Source of the DNA: Myxococcota bacterium
GTDB taxonomy: Bacteria > Myxococcota_A > UBA9160 > JAFDET01
Reading direction: 5' to 3'
Length of the DNA stretch: 64,000 nucleotides
Assembly (NCBI GenBank): GCA_028278065.1
Contig: JANQFA010000193.1
Coordinates: forward strand, 2,940-66,939
Program-made: the position numbers and the translations under genes
Part shown: positions 42,410 through 52,310 of the stretch, piece after piece
How the letters are laid out: each line of letters begins with the position of its first letter
How positions within the stretch are numbered: the first letter of the stretch is position 1
Notes under the pieces: generated by a model
Database searches by the model: none
Seen by the model: only the letters and a program-made list of their open reading frames with translations
What the model was told of the DNA's origin: nothing

Positions 42410-43543
42410 TCACCGCCCGCCGGCCGGGCTCGGCGACCGTCCGTCACCACGGGCGGGGCGAGCCTGGAGACGTCCATCGCGTTCGCGCAGGATGCGGCCC
42501 GAGAGCTCCAGCTGGACCAGATCGGCGGCCAGCTCGCCGGCGCCCCGCCCCAACCGTTCGGCGAGATCGTCGGCTGCCAGGGGCTCGTCGAGCAGGGCCC
42601 TCAGGATGGCGCGCTGGCCCGGCGACTCGACTCCCGCCAGGGGATCGCTCGCCACGTAGGCGGCCGGTGGAAGCCCGAGGGTGCGCAGGACGTCGTCGAC
42701 CTCGAGACAGACCGCCACTCCCGACTCGCCGGTGAAGCGCAGCAGCGCGTTCGATCCGCGGCAGACGGGAGCATCCACCGGTCCGGGGACCGCGAGGACC
42801 GGAACCCCCTGGTCGCGGGCGTGGCCCACGCTGATCAGCGAGCCGCTCCGCTCCCGGGCCTCCACCACGACCAGCGCCTGGGACAGCGCACTGATCAGAC
42901 GGTTGCGGAGCGGGAAGTGGTGGCGCAGGGGCGGCGCGCCCACCGGCAGCTCGCTCACCACCGCGCCGCTCCGCACCAGCTCCGCGTCGAGCGAGCGATG
43001 CTCGGGCGGGTAGATGACGTCGGGTCCACAGGCCTGCAGCGCCACCGACGTGCCCCCGGACTCGAGCGCACCGCGGTGGGCCGCCGCGTCGATCCCGCGC
43101 GCCAGACCGGACACGACGACGAATCCCAGATCGGCCAGCCCGGCGGCGAGGCTCCGCGCGGTGTCGCGGCCACGCGCGCTCGCAGCGCGCGCGCCGACCA
43201 GGGCAACGGCGGGAGCGCGCAGCGCGCTGGCGTCGCCGCGCACCGCCAGCAGCGGTGAGGCGTCGGGAAGCCGGGCAACCCGCACGGGGTAGAGCGGAGA
43301 TCCCCAGGGCAGGAGCCGCGCGCCGAGCCGCGCGAGGACCTCGATGCGCCGGGCGCGCTCCGCACGGGTCGGCACCGGAGCTCCCCCAGCGGGCTCCCTG
43401 GCGGCGGCAGCATGAACCCGGACCTTGCCCGCGACGCGCGCGGCCGCGCGCGCGGGGTCCCCGCGGCAGGCCTCCAGCTCGGCTCGCGCCAGGGCGGGAC
43501 GCAGCGCGCCCACGGCCTGCAGGGCGAGCCATCCGAGCAGCAC
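42410..43543 (-). CDS. dprA: DNA-processing protein DprA
   Basis: VALVGAR, VSGLARGIDAAAH, FPLRNRLISALS, VVEARERSGSLIS; start uncertain (may extend towards 43690). Confidence 0.9.
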   Translation of the reverse strand: MLLGWLALQAVGALRPALARAELEACRGDPARAAARVAGKVRVHAAAAREPAGGAPVPTRAERARRIEVLARLGARLLPWGSPLYPVRVARLPDASPLLAVRGDASALRAPAVALVGARAASARGRDTARSLAAGLADLGFVVVSGLARGIDAAAHRGALESGGTSVALQACGPDVIYPPEHRSLDAELVRSGAVVSELPVGAPPLRHHFPLRNRLISALSQALVVVEARERSGSLISVGHARDQGVPVLAVPGPVDAPVCRGSNALLRFTGESGVAVCLEVDDVLRTLGLPPAAYVASDPLAGVESPGQRAILRALLDEPLAADDLAERLGRGAGELAADLVQLELSGRILRERDGRLQARPARGDGRSPSPAGGR

Positions 43544-43694
43544 CTCCCGGGATTCGGGCCGCGTGTCGCGGGGATCGAGGAGGTCCGGTGTCTCCAGACG
43601 CGCCGCTCTCCGGGGACCGGGTCGCGGCGAGGCTAGCGGCGCTTCGGCGCCGGGTCGCCGTGAACGGGCAGCCCCGGCACCGGGTGGAATCGCG

Positions 43695-45107
43695 CTACTC
43701 CTCCTCGAGCTCGACGGCGCGCACCCGTGCGCCCACCGAGATCGACTCGCTGGCACCGCGCACCACGCCGGCGGCGCTGCGCGGGAAGGCGGACACCACG
43801 ATCAGCTCGCCCAGGATCGTCGGCGGAACGTCCACGTCCTTGCTGCGGGCCGCCTCGCGACGCTTCCCCACCGGGCGGTAGATCTCGAGCACGTTGCCGA
43901 TCTCGAGCCCGTCTTCGGTACCCAGATCCAGGAAGACGACGTCCTCGCTGCCGGCGGTGAAGCGGTCGGCCGGCATGAAGGCCACCTGACCGTCGATCCC
44001 CGGCTGCGCCTCCTTGATCTCCACCTCGAGCGGCATCAGCTCGCGCGGGAGAAGGCGATCGCCGATCTTCATCTCGGCGAAGGACATGCGCACCGACGCC
44101 AGGGCGACGTCGCCCTGGGGCTCGCTCACCTCCAGCCAGCCCAGCACCCGCACGTTCCAGCCCAGCAGGCGACCCGAGGAGGGATCGAACACGCGCTCGC
44201 GCGCGCGGAAGACGACGAACTGCTCGCCCGCCTCGACCTCGCCTTCGCCCAGGCCGATGTGGACGTCGTCCATGGTGCCGAACCACTTGCGCGGCACGGG
44301 GCTCGAGACGATGCTCGCCGCCCCATCGAGCTGGTTCTCGGATACCAGTCCGAGACCGTCGCGCATGGAGTAGCGGAACATCGGCTTCTTGGGCTGATCG
44401 GCGTCGGCGGGGAGCGCGTCGTAGGCCACCGAGCCCATGTCGGCGGCGCCGTCGGCGGGCGCCGCGGCCAGCATCGCCTGGGCCTCCGCGTCGCTCACGC
44501 GGCGGATCTCGGTCGGGGACACCCAGAGGGTGTCACCGGGATGGATCACGTGGGGGTTCTCCACTTCCTGGTTCTCGCTCCAGATCGACGGCCAGACCCA
44601 CGGTGTGCCCAGGTAGGCGTCGGAGATGTCCCACAGCGTGTCTCCGGACGCGACCGTGTGGACGCGGCCCGGATTCCCCTCGGCGTCCTGGCCCACCGGA
44701 CCGAGACGCACGACGTGGTCGGGGCGCGCCCGCTTGGCCGCGGGCTGCTCGGCGGGGGCGTCTTCTGCGGCCTCGGCGGGGGTGTCTTCTGCGGCCTCGG
44801 CGGGGGCCGCGGCCGCGCCGCTCTGCGCACCCTCGCCGTCGGAAGCGGCTTCGCCGGCGGTCGCCGCCTCGGTCGCCTGCGCGGCCTCGGAGCCGGTCGT
44901 GGACCCGGTCGCCTGCGCGGCCTCGGAGCCGGGCGTGGACCCGGTCGCGGGCGCGGCCTCGGAGCCGGTCGTGGACTCGGTCGCGGGCGCGGCCTCGCCG
45001 GCGGTCTCGGCCACCGCAGCCTCGGCCGTGGCCGGCGCCTCGGCCAGCGCGGGACCGGCCAGGCCCAGCGCCAGAACAACTGCCAGAGCGCGGGTGAACG
45101 GGCTCAT
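43695..45107 (-). CDS. LysM domain protein, TsaP-like
   Basis: Signal peptide; GDTLWDISDAYLGTPWVWPSIW...NPHVIHPGD; beta-rich C-terminus; directly upstream of dprA, as typical for tsaP. Confidence 0.75.
   Translation of the reverse strand: MSPFTRALAVVLALGLAGPALAEAPATAEAAVAETAGEAAPATESTTGSEAAPATGSTPGSEAAQATGSTTGSEAAQATEAATAGEAASDGEGAQSGAAAAPAEAAEDTPAEAAEDAPAEQPAAKRARPDHVVRLGPVGQDAEGNPGRVHTVASGDTLWDISDAYLGTPWVWPSIWSENQEVENPHVIHPGDTLWVSPTEIRRVSDAEAQAMLAAAPADGAADMGSVAYDALPADADQPKKPMFRYSMRDGLGLVSENQLDGAASIVSSPVPRKWFGTMDDVHIGLGEGEVEAGEQFVVFRARERVFDPSSGRLLGWNVRVLGWLEVSEPQGDVALASVRMSFAEMKIGDRLLPRELMPLEVEIKEAQPGIDGQVAFMPADRFTAGSEDVVFLDLGTEDGLEIGNVLEIYRPVGKRREAARSKDVDVPPTILGELIVVSAFPRSAAGVVRGASESISVGARVRAVELEEE
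44748..44997. repeat. In-frame 24-bp (44748-44807) and 36-bp (44871-44997) tandem repeats in an Ala/Glu/Thr-rich linker
   Basis: Units encode PAEAAED(T/A) and SEAA(P/Q)ATGST(T/P)G. Confidence 0.8.
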
Positions 45108-45278
45108 CGATTCCCTCCCAAGCGATGCGCACCGGCGGTCCGGCGCTGGGAGCGTATCGGCCGATCTCCCCTTTCCCTTGAAACCCGAAGGGTTGTTTCG
45201 CATCCGGGCCGCACCCGCGGCGCTCCCCCAGGGGGAGACCCCTGCGCTCCACTGGCGCGGGTGCTGCTCCGGGCGGGA

Positions 45279-47744
45279 TCAGCTGCCGGCTTCCAGCTTC
45301 TGCTGGAGGGCCTGCATGTCGGCGAGCCAGGCGGGGTCGGTGGGCTCCTTGCCGGTGTTCGCCTTGTAGCTCTTGCGGATCTGCTCGAGATCGGCGAACG
45401 CGCGCTCCAGGGCGGCCCGAGCCCGCTCGCGCTCACCCGCTGCCTCGTAGGCCAACGCCAGGTGGTGACGCACCACCGCCAGGTTGATGTCGTCGGGGCG
45501 GAACAGGCCCTCGGCCTCCTTCAGGTAGCCGATGGCGGCACTGGGAATGCCCTTCTTGTACAGGACCCAGCCCAGCGTATCGGCGGCGTGGCCGTTCTCG
45601 GGCATGCTCGCCTTGGCCTCCTGGGCCAGGTCGAGCGCGCGGTCGAGATCCTGGCCGGACTCCGCCAGGATGTAGGCGAGGTTGTTCTTGGCCGCCGAGA
45701 GGCTGGGATCCATCTGGATCGCCTTCTCGTAGGTCTCGCGGGCCTTGTCCAGATCGCCGTAGGCCTCGTACAGCGAGCCCAGCACCAGCTGCAGGCCGGC
45801 CGAGTCGGGGCGGGTTTCGGCCGCGCGCTCGTAGGTCGCCAGCACCTCGTCGCGACGACCGGTGAGCGCCAGGTACTGGGCCAGGCTCTGGTACGGCGCC
45901 AGGTTGTTGGGGTCGAGCTCGATCGCCTTGCGGAAGCTGACTTCGGCCTCGGAGCCGCGGTTCGTCAGCACCTGCACCAGCCCGAGCAGGTGCACGAGCC
46001 GGGCGTCCTCGGGATTGCTGCGCGCGGCCCTCTCGATGCGTTCCACCGACTCGGCGATGCGGTTCTCGGCGCGGTCCAGGGTGAGGAGCGCCTCGAGGAT
46101 CTCCGGGTGGTCGGGCAGCTTCTCGTAGGCGCGCTCGAACTGGACGCGCGCCTCGGCTGCGTCGCCCTTGAAGCGGTAGACGCGACCCATCGCGTAGAGG
46201 GTCTCGCCGGTTCGCTTGTCCTCGGGAATCGCCTTGAGCTCGGCGATGGCATCGTCGAGCTTGCGCTCGCGCACCAGCGCCTGCGCCACCAGGAGGCGGG
46301 TTCCGACGTCGTCGCCGCGGCCGTCGCGCAGGACGCGGCGGCCCTCCTCCGCGGCCAGCTCGTGCTCCCCGGCCATCGAGTGGATGCGCGCCAGGACCTT
46401 GCGCGCCTCGATCAGCTGGCCGTCGATCTCGAGGGCCCGCGTGATCTCGGCGCGGGCGCCGTTGAGATCGCGCTGGATGAAGAGCGCCGATCCGAGCAGG
46501 TAGTGGGCCTCGGCCCAGTCCGGCTTCAGGTCGATGGCACGGCGCAGGTCGCTCGCGGCCTCGTCGGGCTTCTTCTCGGCCAGGGCCACCTTGGCGCGCA
46601 CGAAGAGCGCCTCCGGCGAGGACGGCTCCTTCGAGAGCACGCCCTCCACGATGCTCCGCCCGCGCGCGATCTTCTGCGCGTCCTTCTCGCGGTAGCCGAT
46701 GTCGAGGAGGAGCTCGGCGCGGCGCAGGCGCGCCGGCAGGTGCTCGCTGTCCACCTCGAGCGCCGCGTCGGCTGCCTCGAGCGCACCCTCCAGGTCCCCC
46801 TGCTTGCCGCGGTACGCGGACAGGACCAGCCACGGCTGGACTTCGTCGGGCTTCGCCCGCGTGGCCTCTTCGATCATGGCGTCGGCACGCGCCTGGTCGC
46901 CGCGCGACGCGTAGAAGCGGGCCAGCACGTAGAGCAGCTCGAGGTCGCCCGGCCGCTCCTCGAGAGCATTGGTGAGTACCTGCTCCGCCTCGTCGAAGCG
47001 CTCGCGCGAGAAGTAGAAGCTCGCGAGCACCCGCTCGGAGAGGATCTTCTGGTCCTCCTCGGCGACGTCGCGCCCCTTCTTGTAGGCGGCCTCCGCCTCG
47101 TCGTCGCGATCGCCGTCCTGGGCCAGGAAGCCGCCGTAGGCCGCCCACGAGCTGAAGCCCGGCTTCACCTCCGTGATGCGAACGAAGTGCTTCTCCGCCT
47201 CGTCGCGCAGTCCCTGGCGCAGGTAGAAGTTGGCGGTGAGGAGCAGAGGGGCGGCCTCGTCGGGAAAGCGACGCGCGGTCTCCGCGTACGACGCCTTGGC
47301 CTCGTCGAAGCGCTTCATCGCCTCGAGGGTCTGGGACTTCAACACCCAGGCCGGCATGTTGTCCTCGTCCGCCTCGAGGATCGCCTCGGCCTGGGCCAGC
47401 GCCTCGTCCAGCTCGCCGGCCAGGCGCGACAGCTGACCGTACTGGATCCGCGCCTCGAGATTGGCCGGATCGAGGCGGACGCTCTCGCGCAGCTCCCAGT
47501 AGCCCTCGCGCAGCTTGCTCGACGCCAGGTAGGCGCGGGCCAGCCCCCAGTGGGCCTGCGGGTTGTTGGGCTCGTAGCGAAGGACGTTGCGGTACTCGAT
47601 CACCGCCTCCGCGTTCTCCTCCGACTCGAGGTATGCGTCGCCCGCGGCGAGGTGCTCGGCCGCCTTCTCGGCGTCGCTGCCACAGGCCAGCGCGAAGAGG
47701 ACGAGAGGAAGCAGGACGGCCGCTCGGGACCGGAGCCAGTACAT
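45279..47744 (-). CDS. Large TPR lipoprotein (PrsT/EpsE-like, polysaccharide-locus associated)
   Basis: Lipobox ALAC; AVIEYRNVLRYEPNN; many TPRs; AKNNLAYILAE, ADTLGWVLYKKG, HLALAY. Confidence 0.8.
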   Translation of the reverse strand: MYWLRSRAAVLLPLVLFALACGSDAEKAAEHLAAGDAYLESEENAEAVIEYRNVLRYEPNNPQAHWGLARAYLASSKLREGYWELRESVRLDPANLEARIQYGQLSRLAGELDEALAQAEAILEADEDNMPAWVLKSQTLEAMKRFDEAKASYAETARRFPDEAAPLLLTANFYLRQGLRDEAEKHFVRITEVKPGFSSWAAYGGFLAQDGDRDDEAEAAYKKGRDVAEEDQKILSERVLASFYFSRERFDEAEQVLTNALEERPGDLELLYVLARFYASRGDQARADAMIEEATRAKPDEVQPWLVLSAYRGKQGDLEGALEAADAALEVDSEHLPARLRRAELLLDIGYREKDAQKIARGRSIVEGVLSKEPSSPEALFVRAKVALAEKKPDEAASDLRRAIDLKPDWAEAHYLLGSALFIQRDLNGARAEITRALEIDGQLIEARKVLARIHSMAGEHELAAEEGRRVLRDGRGDDVGTRLLVAQALVRERKLDDAIAELKAIPEDKRTGETLYAMGRVYRFKGDAAEARVQFERAYEKLPDHPEILEALLTLDRAENRIAESVERIERAARSNPEDARLVHLLGLVQVLTNRGSEAEVSFRKAIELDPNNLAPYQSLAQYLALTGRRDEVLATYERAAETRPDSAGLQLVLGSLYEAYGDLDKARETYEKAIQMDPSLSAAKNNLAYILAESGQDLDRALDLAQEAKASMPENGHAADTLGWVLYKKGIPSAAIGYLKEAEGLFRPDDINLAVVRHHLALAYEAAGERERARAALERAFADLEQIRKSYKANTGKEPTDPAWLADMQALQQKLEAGS

Positions 47745-47779
47745 GCGGAAACCCCCCGGAAACGGGATGGAACGACGGA

Positions 47780-49288
47780 TCATGATGCGTCGGACCCGAA
47801 GTCTAGCGACGCCTCGGCGTCGGGGCCCATCGACTCGGCCCCGTCCGGGGCCTCGTCCTCGTCGTCGCCGCGGTTGCGGCGCCAGGACGGATGGGTGATT
47901 CCCATCTTGCCGATCATGTAGTTGAGCTTGCGCCGGCTGACGCCCAGCAGGTCTGCGGCGGCCTTCTGGACGAAGCCGCTGCGACGCAGGGCAGCGAGCA
48001 CCACCTCGCGCTCGACGTCCGCCAGGCTGAAGCTCGTGAGCCCGATCTCGCGGCCGGCCTCGGTGGGCACGGGAACGGGCGTCAGGACCAGGTCCTCGGG
48101 ACCGATCCGCTCGCCCTCGGCCATCAGGCTGGCCCGCTCGACCACATTGCGGAGCTCGCGCACGTTGCCCGGCCAGGGGTGCGCGCGAAGGCACCTCTCG
48201 GCCGCCCGGCTGAAGCCCGCCGAGGGCCGGCCCAGCTCCCGGGCGAAGCCCTCGCGCAGGTGCTCTGCGAGGAGCAGCACATCGTCCCCGCGCTCGCGCA
48301 GGGGCGGAAGGTGGATGCCGATCACGGCGAGACGGAAGTAGAGGTCCTCGCGGAAGAGGCCCTGGGAGATCGCCGCCTGGAGGTCGTGGTTGGTCGCGGC
48401 CACGATGCGCACGTCGGTGTGCAGGGTGGTCGTGCCGCCGAGTCGGTGGAACTCCTGCTCCTGGAGGACCCGCAGCACCTTGGCCTGGGTGGCGGGGGAC
48501 ATGTCGCCCACCTCGTCCAGGAAGAGCGTTCCTCCGTCGGCCTGCTCGAAGCGGCCCACGCGCGTACGCTCCGCGCCCGTGAAGGCGCCGCGCTCGTGCC
48601 CGAAGAGCTCGGATTCGAGCAGCGTCTCGGGAAGCGCCGCGCAGTTGACCTTCACGAAGGGGCCATCGGCGCGCGGGGAGCCCGCGTGGATGAGGCCCGC
48701 GATCAGCTCCTTGCCGGTCCCGGTCTCCCCGGTCACGAGCACCGTAGAGCGGGAGGGCGCGGCGCGTTCGGCGAGGTCGACCGCCGCCGCCAGGGCGGGA
48801 CTCTCGCCCACGATGCGGTCGGCCCCGAGACGGGCGCTGCGCTCGGCGCGCAGATCGCGCACCTCGCGCAGGAGCCGCGTGTGCTCGACGGCGCGCGTCA
48901 CGCGCACCTCCAGCTGGTCCAGCCCCACCGGCTTCTCCACGAAGTCGAAGGCGCCCTGGCGCATGGCCTCGACGGCGGTCTCCACGCTTCCGAAGGCGGT
49001 CATCACGATCACGGCAGTGCGCGATTCGCACTGGCGCGCAGCGCGCAGCACGGCCAGCCCGTCGGCGCCCGGCAGGCGAAGATCGGTGATCACCACGTCC
49101 GGAGCGAGCCCCTCGCCCTCGCTCAGCCGCGCGACGGCGCGGTCGCCACGCGAGAGGGCCTCCACTTCGTGGCCTGCGTCGCCCAGCGCCATGGCGATGC
49201 CGCGACGCAGGGCCTCGTTGTCCTCCACCAGGAGAACCCGGGCGGGGAACGCGGTCACGGCGAGCCCTCGGCTGCGGGGAGCCGTCAC
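47780..49288 (-). CDS. Sigma-54-dependent response regulator (NtrC family)
   Basis: REC TDLRLPGADG; [40 protein letters not shown], Fis-type HTH; alternative start 49258. Confidence 0.93.
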   Translation of the reverse strand: MTAPRSRGLAVTAFPARVLLVEDNEALRRGIAMALGDAGHEVEALSRGDRAVARLSEGEGLAPDVVITDLRLPGADGLAVLRAARQCESRTAVIVMTAFGSVETAVEAMRQGAFDFVEKPVGLDQLEVRVTRAVEHTRLLREVRDLRAERSARLGADRIVGESPALAAAVDLAERAAPSRSTVLVTGETGTGKELIAGLIHAGSPRADGPFVKVNCAALPETLLESELFGHERGAFTGAERTRVGRFEQADGGTLFLDEVGDMSPATQAKVLRVLQEQEFHRLGGTTTLHTDVRIVAATNHDLQAAISQGLFREDLYFRLAVIGIHLPPLRERGDDVLLLAEHLREGFARELGRPSAGFSRAAERCLRAHPWPGNVRELRNVVERASLMAEGERIGPEDLVLTPVPVPTEAGREIGLTSFSLADVEREVVLAALRRSGFVQKAAADLLGVSRRKLNYMIGKMGITHPSWRRNRGDDEDEAPDGAESMGPDAEASLDFGSDAS

Positions 49289-49313
49289 GTCGAGCCCTCG
49301 GCTGCGGGGAGCC
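49254..49313. repeat. Two-copy 30-bp direct repeat at the kinase/regulator junction
   Basis: gtcacg(g/t)cgagccctcggctgcggggagcc x2. Confidence 0.9.
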
Positions 49314-50439
49314 GGATGCGGAACAGGGCTCCCTCGCCCTCCCGGCTCTCGAGCTCGATGGAGCCGCCATGGCTGCTCACGATCTTCTGGGCCTTGGCCA
49401 GCCCCACACCGCTCCCGGCGTCCTTGGTGGTGAAGAAGGGGTAGAAGATTCGGTCGCGGATCTCGGAGGGGATCCCCGGTCCCGAGTCCGCGATCGAGAT
49501 CACCACCTCGCGACGCTCCTGGGGATCGGCCGCGGCGCGCAGCGAGCGGCCCGCCACGCGCACCGGCGGCTGATGGCCGGGGCGGCGCTCCCACTGCAGG
49601 CCGAGGCTGAGGCGCGGCGGCCAGCGGGTCGGTGCCTCGTCCATCGCTTCGAGCGCATTCACCACCAGGTCGGTCACGGCCGTCAGCAGCTGCTCGGCGT
49701 CCCCGGCCGCGGCCGGCGCATCGGCCGCGTACTCCCGCTCGACCTTGCCGGGGAAGTCGATCCGGGCGCACGCGCGGTCGGCCGCCAGGTCGAGGAGCGC
49801 GGCCACGTCCACGGCCTCGGGCTCGGGCGCCACGGGGCGCACGAAGTCGAGCGTCTGATCGAGGGTGCCGGCGACCACGCGAAGCTGCGCCAGCAGGTCG
49901 AGGACCAGGGCGTGCGCCTCGCTGCCCTCGTCGAGGCGGCGCTTCAGGAGCCCCGCCATCACCTCCATCCCGGCCAGGGGGTTGCGCAGCTCGTGGGCGA
50001 GGCCCGCCGCCATCTCGCCCAGCGCGGCGAGCCGGTCACGCAGGCGCATCTGCTCTCCCACGCGCTCGTAGGCGGAGAGATCGCGAAACTGGATGGCGGC
50101 GCCGCGGACGGCCCCGTGCGGATCGCAGATGCTGAGCAGGGTGAAGCCGATGGTGGTCTCCGGGGTCGCGCCCCGGCCGGGCAGCACGATCTCGGCTCGC
50201 GACGGTCGCGGGCGTCCATCGAGGGCGTCCTCGAGCAGGGCGACGACCTCGGGGCGTCCCGCCAGCACGGCGCGAAAGTCGCTCCCCAGCCAGTCGTGGG
50301 GCTCTCCTGCGAGGCCGCCCAGGATGTGCTTCGCAGCCGGGTTGAAGCCCGTCAGCACCCCCGAGGCGTCGATCGCGACCAGCCCCGACGAGAGCGAATC
50401 CAGAAGCCACTCGGCCAGCGCAGGGTCACGGATCGCCAT
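49285..50439 (-). CDS. Cytoplasmic PAS sensor histidine kinase
   Basis: AHELRNPL, DLVVNALEA, DSGPGI, FFTTK, GSGVGL. Confidence 0.92.
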   Translation of the reverse strand: MAIRDPALAEWLLDSLSSGLVAIDASGVLTGFNPAAKHILGGLAGEPHDWLGSDFRAVLAGRPEVVALLEDALDGRPRPSRAEIVLPGRGATPETTIGFTLLSICDPHGAVRGAAIQFRDLSAYERVGEQMRLRDRLAALGEMAAGLAHELRNPLAGMEVMAGLLKRRLDEGSEAHALVLDLLAQLRVVAGTLDQTLDFVRPVAPEPEAVDVAALLDLAADRACARIDFPGKVEREYAADAPAAAGDAEQLLTAVTDLVVNALEAMDEAPTRWPPRLSLGLQWERRPGHQPPVRVAGRSLRAAADPQERREVVISIADSGPGIPSEIRDRIFYPFFTTKDAGSGVGLAKAQKIVSSHGGSIELESREGEGALFRIRLPAAEGST

Positions 50440-50532
50440 GCCCCCCTACATCGGACGGCGAGCGGCGCGCCCTGAGCCGACGAAGGGAAGGTCCCTGCGA
50501 ACCGCAGCCTCACACCGGACCGGCTCGGCGCG

Positions 50533-51189
50533 TCAGGCCTCGAGCGGGACGATGTAGCGCTTGCCTTCCTGAGCGAGCCAGCCGGTGGACTTCAGGTCCT
50601 TGACCACGCGCGTCACGGTCTCCCGCGAGGTGCCGATCATGTCGGCCATCTGCTGGTGCGTCAGGGTCGGCGTCATGCGCACGCCGCTCTCGGGCGATAC
50701 CTCCGCGAGACGCACCAGGAGGCCCTTGGCGCGGTCCTTCACGCGCAGGAACGAGAGGGAGCTGGCCTGTTCATCGGTCTCGCGCAGCCGCCGGGTCAGC
50801 TCCTGGATGACGTGCAGGGCGAGATCGGCATTGCGTCGCAGGAGCGAGAGGAAGTCCGCGCGCGACAGGGCCAGCAGGCGCGAGTTGGACAGCGTCTTGA
50901 CCGTGGCCGAGCGCGGTGCCTGATCGAGGAGCGCCATTTCGCCCACGAAGGCGCCCTCGCCCATCATCTCGAGGATCTTCTCGCGGCCGTCCTCGGAGAG
51001 CTTCGTGACCTTCACGCGGCCTTCGGCGATGACGTACATGTAGTCGCCCGGCAGCCCTTCCTCCATCACGGTGGCGCCCTTCGGATAGCGCCGCTCGATG
51101 AGGTGGGATGCGATCTCCTCGAGATCGTCGTCTTCGAGCTGCTGGAACAGCGGGATCTTTCGCAGCGAATCGAGCGTTCGCTCGGCCAT
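50533..51189 (-). CDS. Crp/Fnr family transcriptional regulator
   Basis: GEMALLDQAPRSATV; HTH THQQMADMIGTSRETVTR. Confidence 0.93.
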   Translation of the reverse strand: MAERTLDSLRKIPLFQQLEDDDLEEIASHLIERRYPKGATVMEEGLPGDYMYVIAEGRVKVTKLSEDGREKILEMMGEGAFVGEMALLDQAPRSATVKTLSNSRLLALSRADFLSLLRRNADLALHVIQELTRRLRETDEQASSLSFLRVKDRAKGLLVRLAEVSPESGVRMTPTLTHQQMADMIGTSRETVTRVVKDLKSTGWLAQEGKRYIVPLEA

Positions 51190-51212
51190 GTCGGCTCACC
51201 CCCTCCGGAACC

Positions 51213-52310
51213 CTACACGAGTTGGTCCCGCTTGCGGGACTTCAATCGCTCGACCACGCGCTTCACCTCCGGGCTCCGATCGATCGCGCTCACGAGCAGT
51301 GCATCCCCCGTGTCGATCACCGCCAGGTCCTCGACTCCGACGAGGGCGATGGTACGGACACCGTCACCCCAGACGAGGTTTCCCGACGCTTCGTGCTCGA
51401 TCACGTCCCCCCCGAGGACCCGAGTCGTTCCCGGCCCGACGCCGAGCTCCTCGGCCAATGATTGCCACGTTCCGACGTCGCTCCAGTGGAAGTCGGCCGG
51501 GACCACCCAGACTCGCCGGCTCCGCTCCAGGACCGCGACGTCCACCGGGAGCGAAGGCGCGCGCCGGTAGGCCCGCTCCAGCGCCGCGGCGGCGGCACGG
51601 CCCCGCGGACTCCGGCGAACCGGAGCCAGCGCCCGGTGGATCTCCGGGGCGTGAGCCTCCACCTCCTCGAGGAACGTCGCGGCCCTCCACACGAAGATGC
51701 CGGCGTTCCAGAGATGGCCCCCGCCCCGAAGGAACCGGCGCGCTCGAGCCGCAGCGGGCTTTTCGACGAACCGGGCCACCTGGTGTAGGTCTTTGAACAC
51801 GCCCCCCGCGGGAGGACCGACGCGGATGTAGCCGTAGCCGGTCTCGGGGCGCGTCGGAGCCACCCCCACGGTGACGAGCACCTCGGCGGCGTCGGCGGCG
51901 GGCGCCGCCCGGCGCATCGCGCGGGTGAAGGCCCGGGCGTCGGGAATCCGGTGGTCTGCGGGCAGCACTGCGAGAACGGCATCCGGATCTTCCGCGGCGA
52001 TGCGCACGGCGGCCGAAGCGGCCGCCGGGCCGGTGTTGCGACGCTGGGGCTCGATGATGACGCGACGGCGGGCAATTCCCGTGATCTCCATCACACTTCT
52101 GGCGTGCTCCCGCCCGCAGACCACCCAGACCTCGCCAGCGAAGCGCTCGGCACGCGCCACCGTGGCCTCGAGGAGGCTGGGACCGCCGTCCACGGACAGG
52201 AAGAACTTGGGAACGGCGGCGCGGGAGGCGGGCCAGAAACGCTCACCGGCGCCCCCGGCGAGGATGACCGCGTGGATCCGCCGGCGCGGCGGCGCTACCG
52301 CCCGACGCAC
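51213..52310 (-). CDS. manC: Mannose-1-phosphate guanylyltransferase
   Basis: ILAGGAGERFWPASR, RNTGPA, PADH, ETGYGYI, FVEKP, WNAGIF, WSDVGTW; start approximate. Confidence 0.9.
   Translation of the reverse strand: MRRAVAPPRRRIHAVILAGGAGERFWPASRAAVPKFFLSVDGGPSLLEATVARAERFAGEVWVVCGREHARSVMEITGIARRRVIIEPQRRNTGPAAASAAVRIAAEDPDAVLAVLPADHRIPDARAFTRAMRRAAPAADAAEVLVTVGVAPTRPETGYGYIRVGPPAGGVFKDLHQVARFVEKPAAARARRFLRGGGHLWNAGIFVWRAATFLEEVEAHAPEIHRALAPVRRSPRGRAAAAALERAYRRAPSLPVDVAVLERSRRVWVVPADFHWSDVGTWQSLAEELGVGPGTTRVLGGDVIEHEASGNLVWGDGVRTIALVGVEDLAVIDTGDALLVSAIDRSPEVKRVVERLKSRKRDQLV

Noticed and set aside
43425-47921. 1498-aa plus-strand ORF
   Set aside because: Shadow of the LysM and TPR genes on the minus strand. 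The translation is low-complexity with no domain signatures.
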